Assembly: GCA_021735685.1 (NCBI GenBank)
Contig: JAIPGN010000006.1
Coordinates: 1 to 36,205, forward strand
Direction: 5' to 3'
Source of the DNA: Patescibacteria group bacterium
GTDB lineage: Bacteria > Patescibacteriota > Patescibacteriia > UBA2591 > UBA6264
Length of the DNA stretch: 36,205 nucleotides
Each line of letters begins with the position of its first letter. Position 1 is the stretch's first letter. Positions 28,257-36,205 of the stretch are shown here, one piece after another. Made by a program: the position numbers and the translations under genes. The notes beneath the pieces were generated by a model, which was not told the origin of the DNA, ran no database searches, and saw only the letters and a list, made by a program, of their open reading frames with translations.

Positions 28257-29132
28257 TTATTTTTCTTTTTTATCTTTATCTTTTTCTTTTTTATCTTTTT
28301 TATTTCCTTTTTTTGTTTCCTTCTTGTCTTTCTCTGTCTTTTTTGCTTCCTTTTGCTCGCCTTTAGACTCTTTTTCCTCACTTTTCTCTTTTTTTCCTTT
28401 TTCTTTAGCCACTAAGGAAGGATTCTCTGCTTGGCCAATAATAACAGCTTCAGTAATTAATTTAGTTATTATTTCAATTGTTTTTAAAGAATCGTCATTA
28501 ATAGGAATAGGAAAATCAACTAATTCTGGATTAGCATTAGTGTCCACCATAGCCACTACTGGAATTTTACACTTCTGAGCCTCCTCTATTGCTGTTTTTT
28601 CGTGAACAATGTCAATAACATAAATTAAGTCAGGTTTCTTTTTTAAATCCTTAATTCCGCCAATCATGGTTTCTAATTTTTTGAGCTCTCTTTCCATTTC
28701 TAAACGTTCTTTTTTCGTATATTTCTCCCATTCTCCTGATTGCGAATCTTTGGTCATTTTATTAAATTTTTTAATCAATTTAGAAATAGTAGCAAAATTA
28801 GTTAAGGTGCCTCCTAGCCACCGTTGATTAACATAAGGAACTCCGGACTCTAAAGCAAACTTAGTAACAATATCTTTGGCCACTGGTTTGGTGCCTAAAA
28901 AAAGAATCTCTGCACCAGCAGCTACCTGCTCTCTAACAAAATTAACAGCCTCTTCTAATTTTAGAAGGGTTTTTTCTAAATCAATAAAATGAATATTATT
29001 TCTTAAGCCCACAATAAAAGGTTGCATTTTGGGCAAACATTTATTTTTGAAATGCCCTAATTGCGCTCCCGCTTCAGCTAGTTCATCTACAGAAGGTAAG
29101 GACAAGGTTTTCTTCGATTGCTTGGTTGTCAT
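28257..29132 (-). CDS. rpsB: 30S ribosomal protein uS2 with a Lys/Glu-rich C-terminal tail
   Basis: LAEAGAQLGH, YVNQRWLGGTLTNF, VDTNANP and PINDD. Confidence 0.97.
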   Translation of the reverse strand: MTTKQSKKTLSLPSVDELAEAGAQLGHFKNKCLPKMQPFIVGLRNNIHFIDLEKTLLKLEEAVNFVREQVAAGAEILFLGTKPVAKDIVTKFALESGVPYVNQRWLGGTLTNFATISKLIKKFNKMTKDSQSGEWEKYTKKERLEMERELKKLETMIGGIKDLKKKPDLIYVIDIVHEKTAIEEAQKCKIPVVAMVDTNANPELVDFPIPINDDSLKTIEIITKLITEAVIIGQAENPSLVAKEKGKKEKSEEKESKGEQKEAKKTEKDKKETKKGNKKDKKEKDKDKKEK

Positions 29133-29167
29133 AAAATAAGTAAATAAAAAATTTTTAAGCTTTTGAA

Positions 29168-29196
29168 ATTATAACAAAATCTCCTCAAAAGAGCAA
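29168..29196 (-). promoter_or_regulatory. rpsB promoter
   Basis: TTGCTC-N17-TATAAT with an extended TG. Confidence 0.7.
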
Positions 29197-29244
29197 GACT
29201 TGTTTTAAGGCTTGACAAAAACATTGACTCCTGTATACTATTGA

Positions 29245-29374
29245 TACTAAATTAATGGAGGAAAAATATTTTTAGGGAGGTGAGCGAGAAAGTCCGGGAA
29301 AGAAGAGTCCTCCTTTCATCAATAAAGATCGCTCGCTTCCCTTGTCTTAATTGCCCTTCGGGGCAATTTTTTTT
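29245..29374 (+). ncRNA. Candidate small non-coding RNA of unknown family
   Basis: Promoter TTGACA(29212)-N16-TATACT(29234); 14-bp stem 29274-29287/29329-29342; terminator AATTGCCC-TTCG-GGGCAATT plus T-tract. Confidence 0.55.
29349..29374 (+). terminator. Intrinsic terminator
   Basis: TTGCCC-TTCG-GGGCAA followed by T8 on the + strand. It may also serve ybaB on the minus strand. Confidence 0.8.
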
Positions 29375-29385
29375 ATTCTGAAAAA

Positions 29386-29631
29386 CTAAAGCCCTTCTTT
29401 AATTTTAGACATTTTTGAAGCCAAGTCTCCCTGCATCTTCTTCAAAGCCTGATTAAAACATTTCTGAATAACCTTTTCTTGTTTTTCTTTTTCTAATTCT
29501 GGGTTTAATTGAATCTCCAAAATTTCCATTTTTCCATTTATTTTTATCTTTACCCCTTCTAATTCTTCTTCTACCTCAGATTGACTTAATAAAGATTGAA
29601 TTTGTTTTAATTGTTTTATTTTCTCAAACAT
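29386..29631 (-). CDS. YbaB/EbfC family nucleoid-associated protein (short)
   Basis: QLKQIQSLL, VKIKINGKMEILEIQL and CFNQALKKMQ. Confidence 0.75.
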   Translation of the reverse strand: MFEKIKQLKQIQSLLSQSEVEEELEGVKIKINGKMEILEIQLNPELEKEKQEKVIQKCFNQALKKMQGDLASKMSKIKEGL

Positions 29632-29752
29632 ATTTTTTTATAATTTAATTTATTTTATAATCCCCTAGGAACCCGTTTCCCCAGTCATTTATTGCACAGG
29701 TTGAACCTGTGTATTTTTTTAACTTCAACTCCTAAGAAATATTTTGATAAAC

Positions 29753-29845
29753 AAAAAAGGGTGTTAAGTTAGAATCAGGCGAAGCCTTCAACCAAGAGAT
29801 AATTAAGTAAATAATCATCCTGAGAAATAAATCCCCCTAACACCA
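29753..29845 (-). ncRNA. Candidate structured RNA or attenuated leader upstream of ybaB
   Basis: TG-extended TATAAT at 29857-29852, then GGTGTTAGG...CTTAACACC closing stem, two internal hairpins and a T6 tract. Confidence 0.45.
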
Positions 29846-29997
29846 TTGCTTATTATAACAACCTCTATCAGAAAAACAACTTTCTAAAACTGTGGACAAT
29901 CATAGCCAATCCTCTTCGACAAATAAACCGACAAGCAGAAGGCGACTATCAACTCTTAGGAGCCGAGCTCCTAAATAAAATAGCTTTTAGGAATAGC

Positions 29998-30024
29998 AAA
30001 AGCCCGGGCAAAAGCCCGGGCTTT
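29998..30024 (-). terminator. Terminator downstream of the S-layer-like gene
   Basis: AAAGCCCGGGC-aaaa-GCCCGGGCTTT. Confidence 0.8.
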
Positions 30025-30099
30025 CTAATTAGCGAATATTTTTAGTATATTCCTAACTGTGAATCGGTTTAAACGCTCCGATCAAAACGTTAAATCTAT

Positions 30100-33000
30100 C
30101 TATTGAGTCCAGCTAGACCAATCAGAAGGCAAAGTATCTACATAAGTACCAGCACACCAATCATATTCAGTGGTGTCGTTGGCAGCACTATGAGTAACTC
30201 CTTCATAATGATCTGACCAGATCAAATAACTATCTCCACTTAAAGTGTTGTAGTTAGTAAGCTCGGTAGCGTCAGTATTGACCTCTTCGGCAACTCGGAT
30301 AGAGAAAGAATCATCTTCGGCAAAGCCTTGGCCAGTACCCTTTAAGGTATAGGTTCGGGTTTCGCCAGCTGGAATGACTTCTTCCTTAGCAGTCAACCAA
30401 GAAACGGACAAGACATCAGAAGTAGAGGTGGTATTAGAAATATCACTAATAGTACCAATGTCTGTGCCTTGAACAATCTTAGTGGAACCACGATAGAGCT
30501 CAATATTATTGACAGAATTACCAGCGCTAGTAGCGTCAAAAACAGAATAGTCGAAACTAATTCTCTTTAAGGCTACGTCTTCATTAGCGTCAGCACTAAC
30601 CGTAAAGGTGATCAAATCCATTTGTTTATTGCCTAAAGCACCACTGTAATCGCTAGCAGCGATTGTTGGTTTAGTGCGTCGGACATACATAGGATTAGCA
30701 CCAAGCAAACCACCAGAGAGAGACAAATCATAAATTGTTTCACCAGAGGAAGAGCCAACAGCTTCAAAGTAAGTGCTGGTATCATTTTCCCTGATTCCTA
30801 AATTAATGACATTGCCAGAAACAGCTTGACCAGACCAAGTATTGAGATTAGCTTTAATGGTTAATACTGTAGTTCCATCTTGAGGAACCTCAATATTAAG
30901 GCCACTAATCGTTTTTTGGCCACCAGTCAAATCAAGACCAGTGCGAGAACCGCCATCCCAATAGAGATCTATAGAAGAAATCTCCGTGGTGGTAGCAAGA
31001 GCACTACCAGCGGCATTTAGATTTAGCACGGTCAATTTGTTAATGACATAACCCTCATTAGTAGCAGTAAACTTAACTTTACTTACTTCTTGAGCGCTAT
31101 TTCCCATAACCACAATCGTGGAGTCAGGAGAATTAGCATCCAAGGCTGCGGTTAAACCACCTTGCTCAGTAACAGTAATAGCGACGGTATTAGCAGCGTT
31201 AGCTGAACCGCTAACATCAACGTCACGAGAATCCTGATCATAAGCAATGATGATAGAATCGCTAGCAGCTGAAGGATCAACCTCAAAATAAAGGAAAGTA
31301 TTGCCACTATTTAAATAAGTGGAAGAAATGCTGGAAGAAATATTAGCCTTGAAATTAAGGGTTTTAGATTCTCCAGCTGGGACCGTAATGTCTAAGCTAT
31401 CAAAGATAGCAGCATTTTTGCTAGAGCTATAATTCTCTAAGCCTACGGTCTTAACTAAAGTGTCTCCATCATAGATAGAAATACTATCCACTGCGTTTTT
31501 AGCGTCATAAGCAGAGCCAAAAGCAGTGCTGGTGTCATCAGCATGTAAGTAACCAGTAATCTTGGAAACATCAATATCATCAGCTTCGCCAGCAGTTAGG
31601 ATTAGACCCAAGACCGGCACGTCAGTAGCACCAACTACAAAAGTGTTACTAGTCGGTAATGAAGAGCGAGAAGCAGCTAAAGTAGGAGCTTCTACGGTCT
31701 GAGCATTACCAGTAACAGAAGTTGGAACAATGTCTGATTGGCTAATGAATTCATTAGAGTCGTCATCTTTAACATAATCCGCAGTAGCGCCTAACTCAAT
31801 ACCAGCAGTGATTTGAGCATCAACCACAGTATCGGTGTTGGCGGTATCAATAGTCACAATAAAATTGCGAGTATTGTTAGCAGAAATACTAAAGTCGTCA
31901 GACAAATTAAAGGTGTTGGTGTCAGTGCCATCATAAGAAGTAGCTCCACCAAACTCAACATAAGTAGCGTCAGTATAGGTGACGGTACCTAAGCTGCTTA
32001 AAGAAGCTAAGGTAGATCCAGTATCAGCATCCTTAACCTTTAAGTCAGAAATATCACCAGCAACCACACCTTCGCCAGCTTCATAAACTTTTAAAGTTAC
32101 ATCTAAGTCCTTGACCGTAACATTGGTTTCTGGAGTAATAGAGAACTTTAAGATAGTGACATCGTTGGCGTTTTTAGTGATTTTGCCAGCATTAGGGCCA
32201 TTTTCTGCAATCGTGATTGCTCCACCCTGAAGATCAATTCGACGAGCGGTAACATTTTGCTCAGCCGTAGTATCAACATCAGTGTTGTCAACAGCAGCGC
32301 TAACATTATAAAGCAAGTCAGTGGCATTTAAATGGCTATCTTCTTCAATCATGGCATAGAGGTATTGGGCAACCTTGCCCAAGACATCAGCCTTGACAGA
32401 GAAACGCATAGCATTGCTATCAGCAATGGCATAAGGAGAGCTGAAATTAAAAGTAGCTCTATCTTTAGCGCCAACAGAAGCAACGCTAGAAACTAAATCA
32501 CCATTTTGGTCATAAAGCTTAAGATTGCTGACTTCAGAGGTAGACAAAGTTCCACCAAAGGTAACTACTAATTGATTAACGCTAATATTGTTAGCGCCAG
32601 CTGTAATTTTAAAGTTAGCAACTTCTACATTATCAGATCCTACTGAAGGATCAGAGGGATTGGTTCCCATAGAAATAGTAACACTGCTCACATCTTGAGC
32701 GCCAACTTCCATGGTATTACCATTTAAAGGTAAACCATTAACAGTGGCCGTAGTATCAACTGTAGTTAAACTAAAAATATGACGATTGCCTTGATCGGCA
32801 GTACCTAAAGCGGCTAAGTCACCTTTTAAAGTAACAGTCTTGTAAGAATTAGCCGGAACGTTTAAACCTAAACCAGAAAATTCAACAGTGTGATTGTCTG
32901 TGCTTAAAGTTCGGCTATTAGTGACACGACTGGAATCCACGTCTAAATATAAACCGGTCCAATCATCAGTATCACCAATTCCACTTCTCTTAAAGGTCAA

Positions 33001-33855
33001 AGAGTCAACAGAAACAGCTGAAGAGCCAGCAGTTAATTTAACTTGCAAAAGACCATTATTGGTGGAATTACCCAGCATTAATGAAGGAGCAAAAGTATTG
33101 TATAAGCTCGCAGTTAAAGCTGAAGTAGTGGTGCCGGAACCAGCTAACCAACCTGGAGTTAATAATCCAGATTCTACGCCAGTAATAGCAGCACCGTCGG
33201 CATAAACTTCGTCATTGTCAATAGTGACAACAGAAGTTTCAAGATATCTGTTGGCGCTGAAAGCAGCGTCAGAGATAGCTCTTTTCTTGCCATCTTGAAT
33301 CAGATATCGTTGGGAAGAACCGGCATATTTTACAATAGTGCCGTCAGGATGGGTGGCGGATGAAGTTAAGTCTGAGCCCATATCATAGTTGAACTTAGAC
33401 AATAAATCATCAGGAACCCAAGTTACTCTTGCCCAATTAGGATCGCTAAACAATCCTTGATAAACTTGCTCTGATAAAACAGGGCGAAGTTCGCCGTCTT
33501 CTACGTAGAAAACAGCAGTAGCGTCTTTCCCTTCTAAACTGGTGGTAGTCCCACGGAAAAGAGAGCCATCACGAAATGGCATGGGGTTTTCATCAGTATA
33601 GGCAGCTAATTCTGAAGCACTTACTGTTTTCACAGTAGAGAAATCCTCAGGATAGCCCCAAGAGAGATAGACGTTAAAGTGAGGAAAAACTCGCTTACTG
33701 GAACCCTGAATGTAATAAACAGCTGAACTGTCAGCAGTCTTTACTAGGTCGCCATCAACAATGGTCGCTGCTTGAGCAGGAATGACCATGCCGAAGGACC
33801 AGAGTAACATAGTAGCGGTAGTTCCTATTGCAATCAATTTTTTTAATCTACTCAT
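30100..33855 (-). CDS. Large secreted S-layer-like / cell-surface protein
   Basis: Sec signal ending AQA; N-terminal repeats (GDLVK..SAVYYI, DGSLFR..TAVFYV, DGTIVK..QRYLI); Thr/Ser/Asp-rich beta-sandwich-like repeats; 1251 aa. Confidence 0.8.
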   Translation of the reverse strand: MSRLKKLIAIGTTATMLLWSFGMVIPAQAATIVDGDLVKTADSSAVYYIQGSSKRVFPHFNVYLSWGYPEDFSTVKTVSASELAAYTDENPMPFRDGSLFRGTTTSLEGKDATAVFYVEDGELRPVLSEQVYQGLFSDPNWARVTWVPDDLLSKFNYDMGSDLTSSATHPDGTIVKYAGSSQRYLIQDGKKRAISDAAFSANRYLETSVVTIDNDEVYADGAAITGVESGLLTPGWLAGSGTTTSALTASLYNTFAPSLMLGNSTNNGLLQVKLTAGSSAVSVDSLTFKRSGIGDTDDWTGLYLDVDSSRVTNSRTLSTDNHTVEFSGLGLNVPANSYKTVTLKGDLAALGTADQGNRHIFSLTTVDTTATVNGLPLNGNTMEVGAQDVSSVTISMGTNPSDPSVGSDNVEVANFKITAGANNISVNQLVVTFGGTLSTSEVSNLKLYDQNGDLVSSVASVGAKDRATFNFSSPYAIADSNAMRFSVKADVLGKVAQYLYAMIEEDSHLNATDLLYNVSAAVDNTDVDTTAEQNVTARRIDLQGGAITIAENGPNAGKITKNANDVTILKFSITPETNVTVKDLDVTLKVYEAGEGVVAGDISDLKVKDADTGSTLASLSSLGTVTYTDATYVEFGGATSYDGTDTNTFNLSDDFSISANNTRNFIVTIDTANTDTVVDAQITAGIELGATADYVKDDDSNEFISQSDIVPTSVTGNAQTVEAPTLAASRSSLPTSNTFVVGATDVPVLGLILTAGEADDIDVSKITGYLHADDTSTAFGSAYDAKNAVDSISIYDGDTLVKTVGLENYSSSKNAAIFDSLDITVPAGESKTLNFKANISSSISSTYLNSGNTFLYFEVDPSAASDSIIIAYDQDSRDVDVSGSANAANTVAITVTEQGGLTAALDANSPDSTIVVMGNSAQEVSKVKFTATNEGYVINKLTVLNLNAAGSALATTTEISSIDLYWDGGSRTGLDLTGGQKTISGLNIEVPQDGTTVLTIKANLNTWSGQAVSGNVINLGIRENDTSTYFEAVGSSSGETIYDLSLSGGLLGANPMYVRRTKPTIAASDYSGALGNKQMDLITFTVSADANEDVALKRISFDYSVFDATSAGNSVNNIELYRGSTKIVQGTDIGTISDISNTTSTSDVLSVSWLTAKEEVIPAGETRTYTLKGTGQGFAEDDSFSIRVAEEVNTDATELTNYNTLSGDSYLIWSDHYEGVTHSAANDTTEYDWCAGTYVDTLPSDWSSWTQ

Positions 33856-34213
33856 ATATTAATTAATCCTCTTTATGATCCGCCTTAAAACAAATATCAA
33901 CGAGTACTGCATTGATATCTTAAAATGTTTTAAAGACGCATCTTATATAATATTTCCCCGCTTAGTTCTCGATCTTCTCAACACTTGCGCGCCAAGACGA
34001 TAAAGGAAATTCTCAGGGGATATCCCGTTCTGAGACCTTCCCCGTTGAATTAAATGAAATCATTTAATAGAACACAAGAACCAAAACTCGACCTTTAGTG
34101 TCAGCCGAAGCTGACTCGGCCTGGCCCGACAAATATTGACCTGAGTGAATGCCGGGTGAACCGAGGAGGAATTAGTAATTAGTAAGATATTTATTATAAA
34201 TTAGTTAAAAGAT

Positions 34214-35248
34214 TTATTGGTCTTCTCTAATCAAACCGGTTTGCAATTCTTGATCTGGATTTTCTACTCTTTTTATATTAATACCTTGAAAAACTTCGCC
34301 AGTAGATGCCGGTGGAAGTGAGGGACTAGGTTTAATAATTTCTGCCGGCTCAGAAGTCTCTGAAGATAAATCCTCTTCTAAGAGAGAATCTTCCAATGTG
34401 CCTTCTTCGGTAATCGGCTCTTGAGGCTCAACTAAGTTTGACGAATCCTCAGGAATAAAGTCACCTTCAATTTCATTATCTAGTGAATTCTTTTCTGTTT
34501 CTTCTAGTAAATCGTTAAGCTCTTCTTCAATGGTGGGATCTGAGGAATTTTCCAAATATTGCATAGCTTCTTCAATATTATTTAAAGCTGCCGAGAAATT
34601 TCCTACATTCAAGTAATCAGAAGCTTCTTTTAAAATTCTAGCCAGAGCATCTCCTTGCAGGGAACCAAAAATTTGTCGGCCATCTTCTACCGGCAAATTA
34701 TCTTCTTCTAAGTCGTCTTCTATATATAGAAGCTCATCTTCTGGAAAAGTGTCAACACGAGCAGTTAATTCTTTTTTTAAACTTTTAATCTCTGTAGAAA
34801 CTTCTTGAGCCAAAATATTTAAATCTTCTTCTTGTTCAACACTTCCCTCTTCTATTCCTTGGGCTAAAATTTTAGCCTCTTGTAAACGGGTGGTTAAAAT
34901 GTCAGCCCGCAAAACAGTTTTTTTGCTTTGATTGAAAGCTAAAACTAATTGAGTTTTCTCAGCCACTCTTTTAACGGTGTATAAGAATTGACCGGGCACA
35001 GCGTTTTCTGAAGCCTTAACTAAACCAAAACCACTGATGAAAATAACAAAAAAGGCCATTAGGCTTATCGCCACTGGCTTTAAAGATAAATAGAAATTCA
35101 TTCCAATCTTTGGGCTTCCGGGAAACATCTCTTTAAAAGATCTTAAAAGCATATCATAAGACTCCCTTTCTTTAATGGGGTCTTGTTTCGCAGATTGATG
35201 AAGTCTTCCTAATTGTTTTAAAGATTTTATAATCTCTTTTTCGGTCAT
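34214..35248 (-). CDS. Putative anti-sigma factor (DUF5667-like, single TM, acidic C-terminus)
   Basis: TM helix followed by ASENAVPGQFLYTVKRVAEKTQL; directly downstream of an ECF sigma gene. Confidence 0.7.
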   Translation of the reverse strand: MTEKEIIKSLKQLGRLHQSAKQDPIKERESYDMLLRSFKEMFPGSPKIGMNFYLSLKPVAISLMAFFVIFISGFGLVKASENAVPGQFLYTVKRVAEKTQLVLAFNQSKKTVLRADILTTRLQEAKILAQGIEEGSVEQEEDLNILAQEVSTEIKSLKKELTARVDTFPEDELLYIEDDLEEDNLPVEDGRQIFGSLQGDALARILKEASDYLNVGNFSAALNNIEEAMQYLENSSDPTIEEELNDLLEETEKNSLDNEIEGDFIPEDSSNLVEPQEPITEEGTLEDSLLEEDLSSETSEPAEIIKPSPSLPPASTGEVFQGINIKRVENPDQELQTGLIREDQ

Positions 35249-35322
35249 GTTTATCCCGTTATAAATTTAATAACTCATTCACTTATTAAGACGAAGGAAT
35301 CTCAAAAATGTAACAACAAAAA

Positions 35323-35871
35323 CTATACCGAATATTTCTGTTCGTTATCAATTATTTCTTTCACTTTCTTAATTCCCCTATGAGCCAACATCCTACAATT
35401 CCCTAAGGATTTGCCCGTGGATTGACTAATCTCATCAAAACTAAGGCCATCAACAAATCTAAGAATAATTACTTCTTGATAGTCATTTGATAATTGTTTA
35501 ATTGCTGTAGCAATTTTTTCTACTTCCAATTTATTATCAATCTTTTCGTTTACATCCTCTTTGGAAACAATTTCAGAAATAGAATCTAAAGAAATATTTT
35601 TTTGGTGAGTACGATAAAAATCAATAACTGAATTGCGTGCTGTTTTATACAAAAAGGCCCGAAAGTTATCAATATCATGGCCATCCCTCAAATAACGATA
35701 TACTTTTAGAAAAGTGTCGTTTACTAGATCGTCTGCTTTTTCTTTCCCAGGAACTTTGAAATAAATAAAACTATAAATTTTGTCCTTATATGTATTATAA
35801 AACTGGGCGAACGCTTGTTCGTCCCCTTTTTTAATTTGATTGATTAAAATTTTCTCAAAAATATGAAGCAT
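35323..35871 (-). CDS. ECF RNA polymerase sigma factor
   Basis: GDEQAFAQFY, ADDLVNDTFLK, FLYKTARNSVIDFYR and QEVIILRFVDGLSFDEIS. Confidence 0.93.
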   Translation of the reverse strand: MLHIFEKILINQIKKGDEQAFAQFYNTYKDKIYSFIYFKVPGKEKADDLVNDTFLKVYRYLRDGHDIDNFRAFLYKTARNSVIDFYRTHQKNISLDSISEIVSKEDVNEKIDNKLEVEKIATAIKQLSNDYQEVIILRFVDGLSFDEISQSTGKSLGNCRMLAHRGIKKVKEIIDNEQKYSV

Positions 35872-35908
35872 AGGTTAGGTACTTAGGCAATTGGAATTTT
35901 ATATTAAA

Positions 35909-35950
35909 TTATTAATCACTAATAATTGATTACTGATTATTGATTATTGA
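35909..35950. repeat. Degenerate heptamer tandem array
   Basis: ttattaa tcactaa taattga ttactga ttattga ttattga. Confidence 0.7.
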
Positions 35951-36070
35951 ACATTGCCTTCCTTGTATATAAAAGAAGACGATAGTTTCTTTAATATTAT
36001 ACAAATTTTAAGCTTAAAATCAAGAAAAATTTCTCATCCTTCTAATCTTTTTTTAAATAAAGAAATTAAA

Positions 36071-36101
36071 AATTGCGGAGAAACATCTTTTCTCCGCAAT
36101 T
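36071..36101. terminator. Terminator-like hairpin
   Basis: AATTGCGGAGAAA-catct-TTTCTCCGCAATT. Confidence 0.7.
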
Positions 36102-36105
36102 CTCT

Positions 36106-36192
36106 GGGGCCAGACCCCAAAAACTGATTCTCTAAAACCCTTTCTTAGAAAAGGTTTTAAGAGCGATTTTTCAAAAACGTTAATTTTTTAAC
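36106..36192. repeat. Diverged copy of the 97-bp unit at 14251-14347
   Basis: GGGGCCAGACCCCAAAAAC..TTCTCTAAAACCCTTTC..GAAAAG..CGATTTT..AAAAACGT..TTTTTTAAC is colinear with 14251-14337. Confidence 0.85.
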
Positions 36193-36205
36193 GCTTTTTT
36201 AAGTG

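Noticed and set aside
28256-28381. Basic N-terminal extension of EF-Ts in the ORF track
   Set aside because: It is an alternative-frame reading of the A-rich rpsB tail. EF-Ts homology starts at the ATG at 28255.
29284-29298. GAGAAAGTCCGGG resembling the RNase P RNA P4 motif
   Set aside because: The unit is only about 130 nt, and the complementary 3' conserved motif of RNase P RNA is absent.
29280-29381. 33-codon GTG-start ORF on the + strand
   Set aside because: It runs through the terminator, has no suitably spaced RBS and has no recognisable features.
29632-30099. Replication origin in the long spacer
   Set aside because: Only one imperfect DnaA box (TGTGGACAA, 29891) is present, dnaA is not nearby, and gene orientation does not switch.

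Overview
This window looks like core chromosome from an AT-rich Patescibacteria (CPR)-like bacterium using genetic code 11 (TGA acts as a stop). Almost every gene is on the minus strand. Housekeeping genes include rpoD-dnaG, ppsA, rnj, uppS, tsaB, rplJL with an L10-leader-like attenuator, archaeal-type pyrH, argS, ricT/yaaT, tsf-rpsB and ybaB. It also carries an ECF sigma/anti-sigma pair, a 1251-aa S-layer-like protein, a lipoprotein serpin and three tRNAs (Asn-GTT, Ser-TGA, Ser-GGA). The most unusual signal is at two of the tRNA genes, where a free-standing nuclease gene (GIY-YIG at tRNA-Asn, HTH-LAGLIDADG at tRNA-Ser-GGA) sits between a broken 5' tRNA remnant and an intact tRNA. At tRNA-Asn the remnant is part of a 76-bp direct duplication that also supplies the nuclease's C-terminus. 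That remnant is split by two small hairpin insertions and lies next to a four-helix-bundle gene flanked by inverted heptamer arrays. A probable serine recombinase also ends inside the same tRNA. Other points of interest are two candidate small ncRNAs, a structured S-layer leader, REP-like palindromes including a dispersed 97-bp unit, and charged low-complexity extensions on RpoD, bL12 and uS2. All calls come from reading the sequence by eye; no database search was run.
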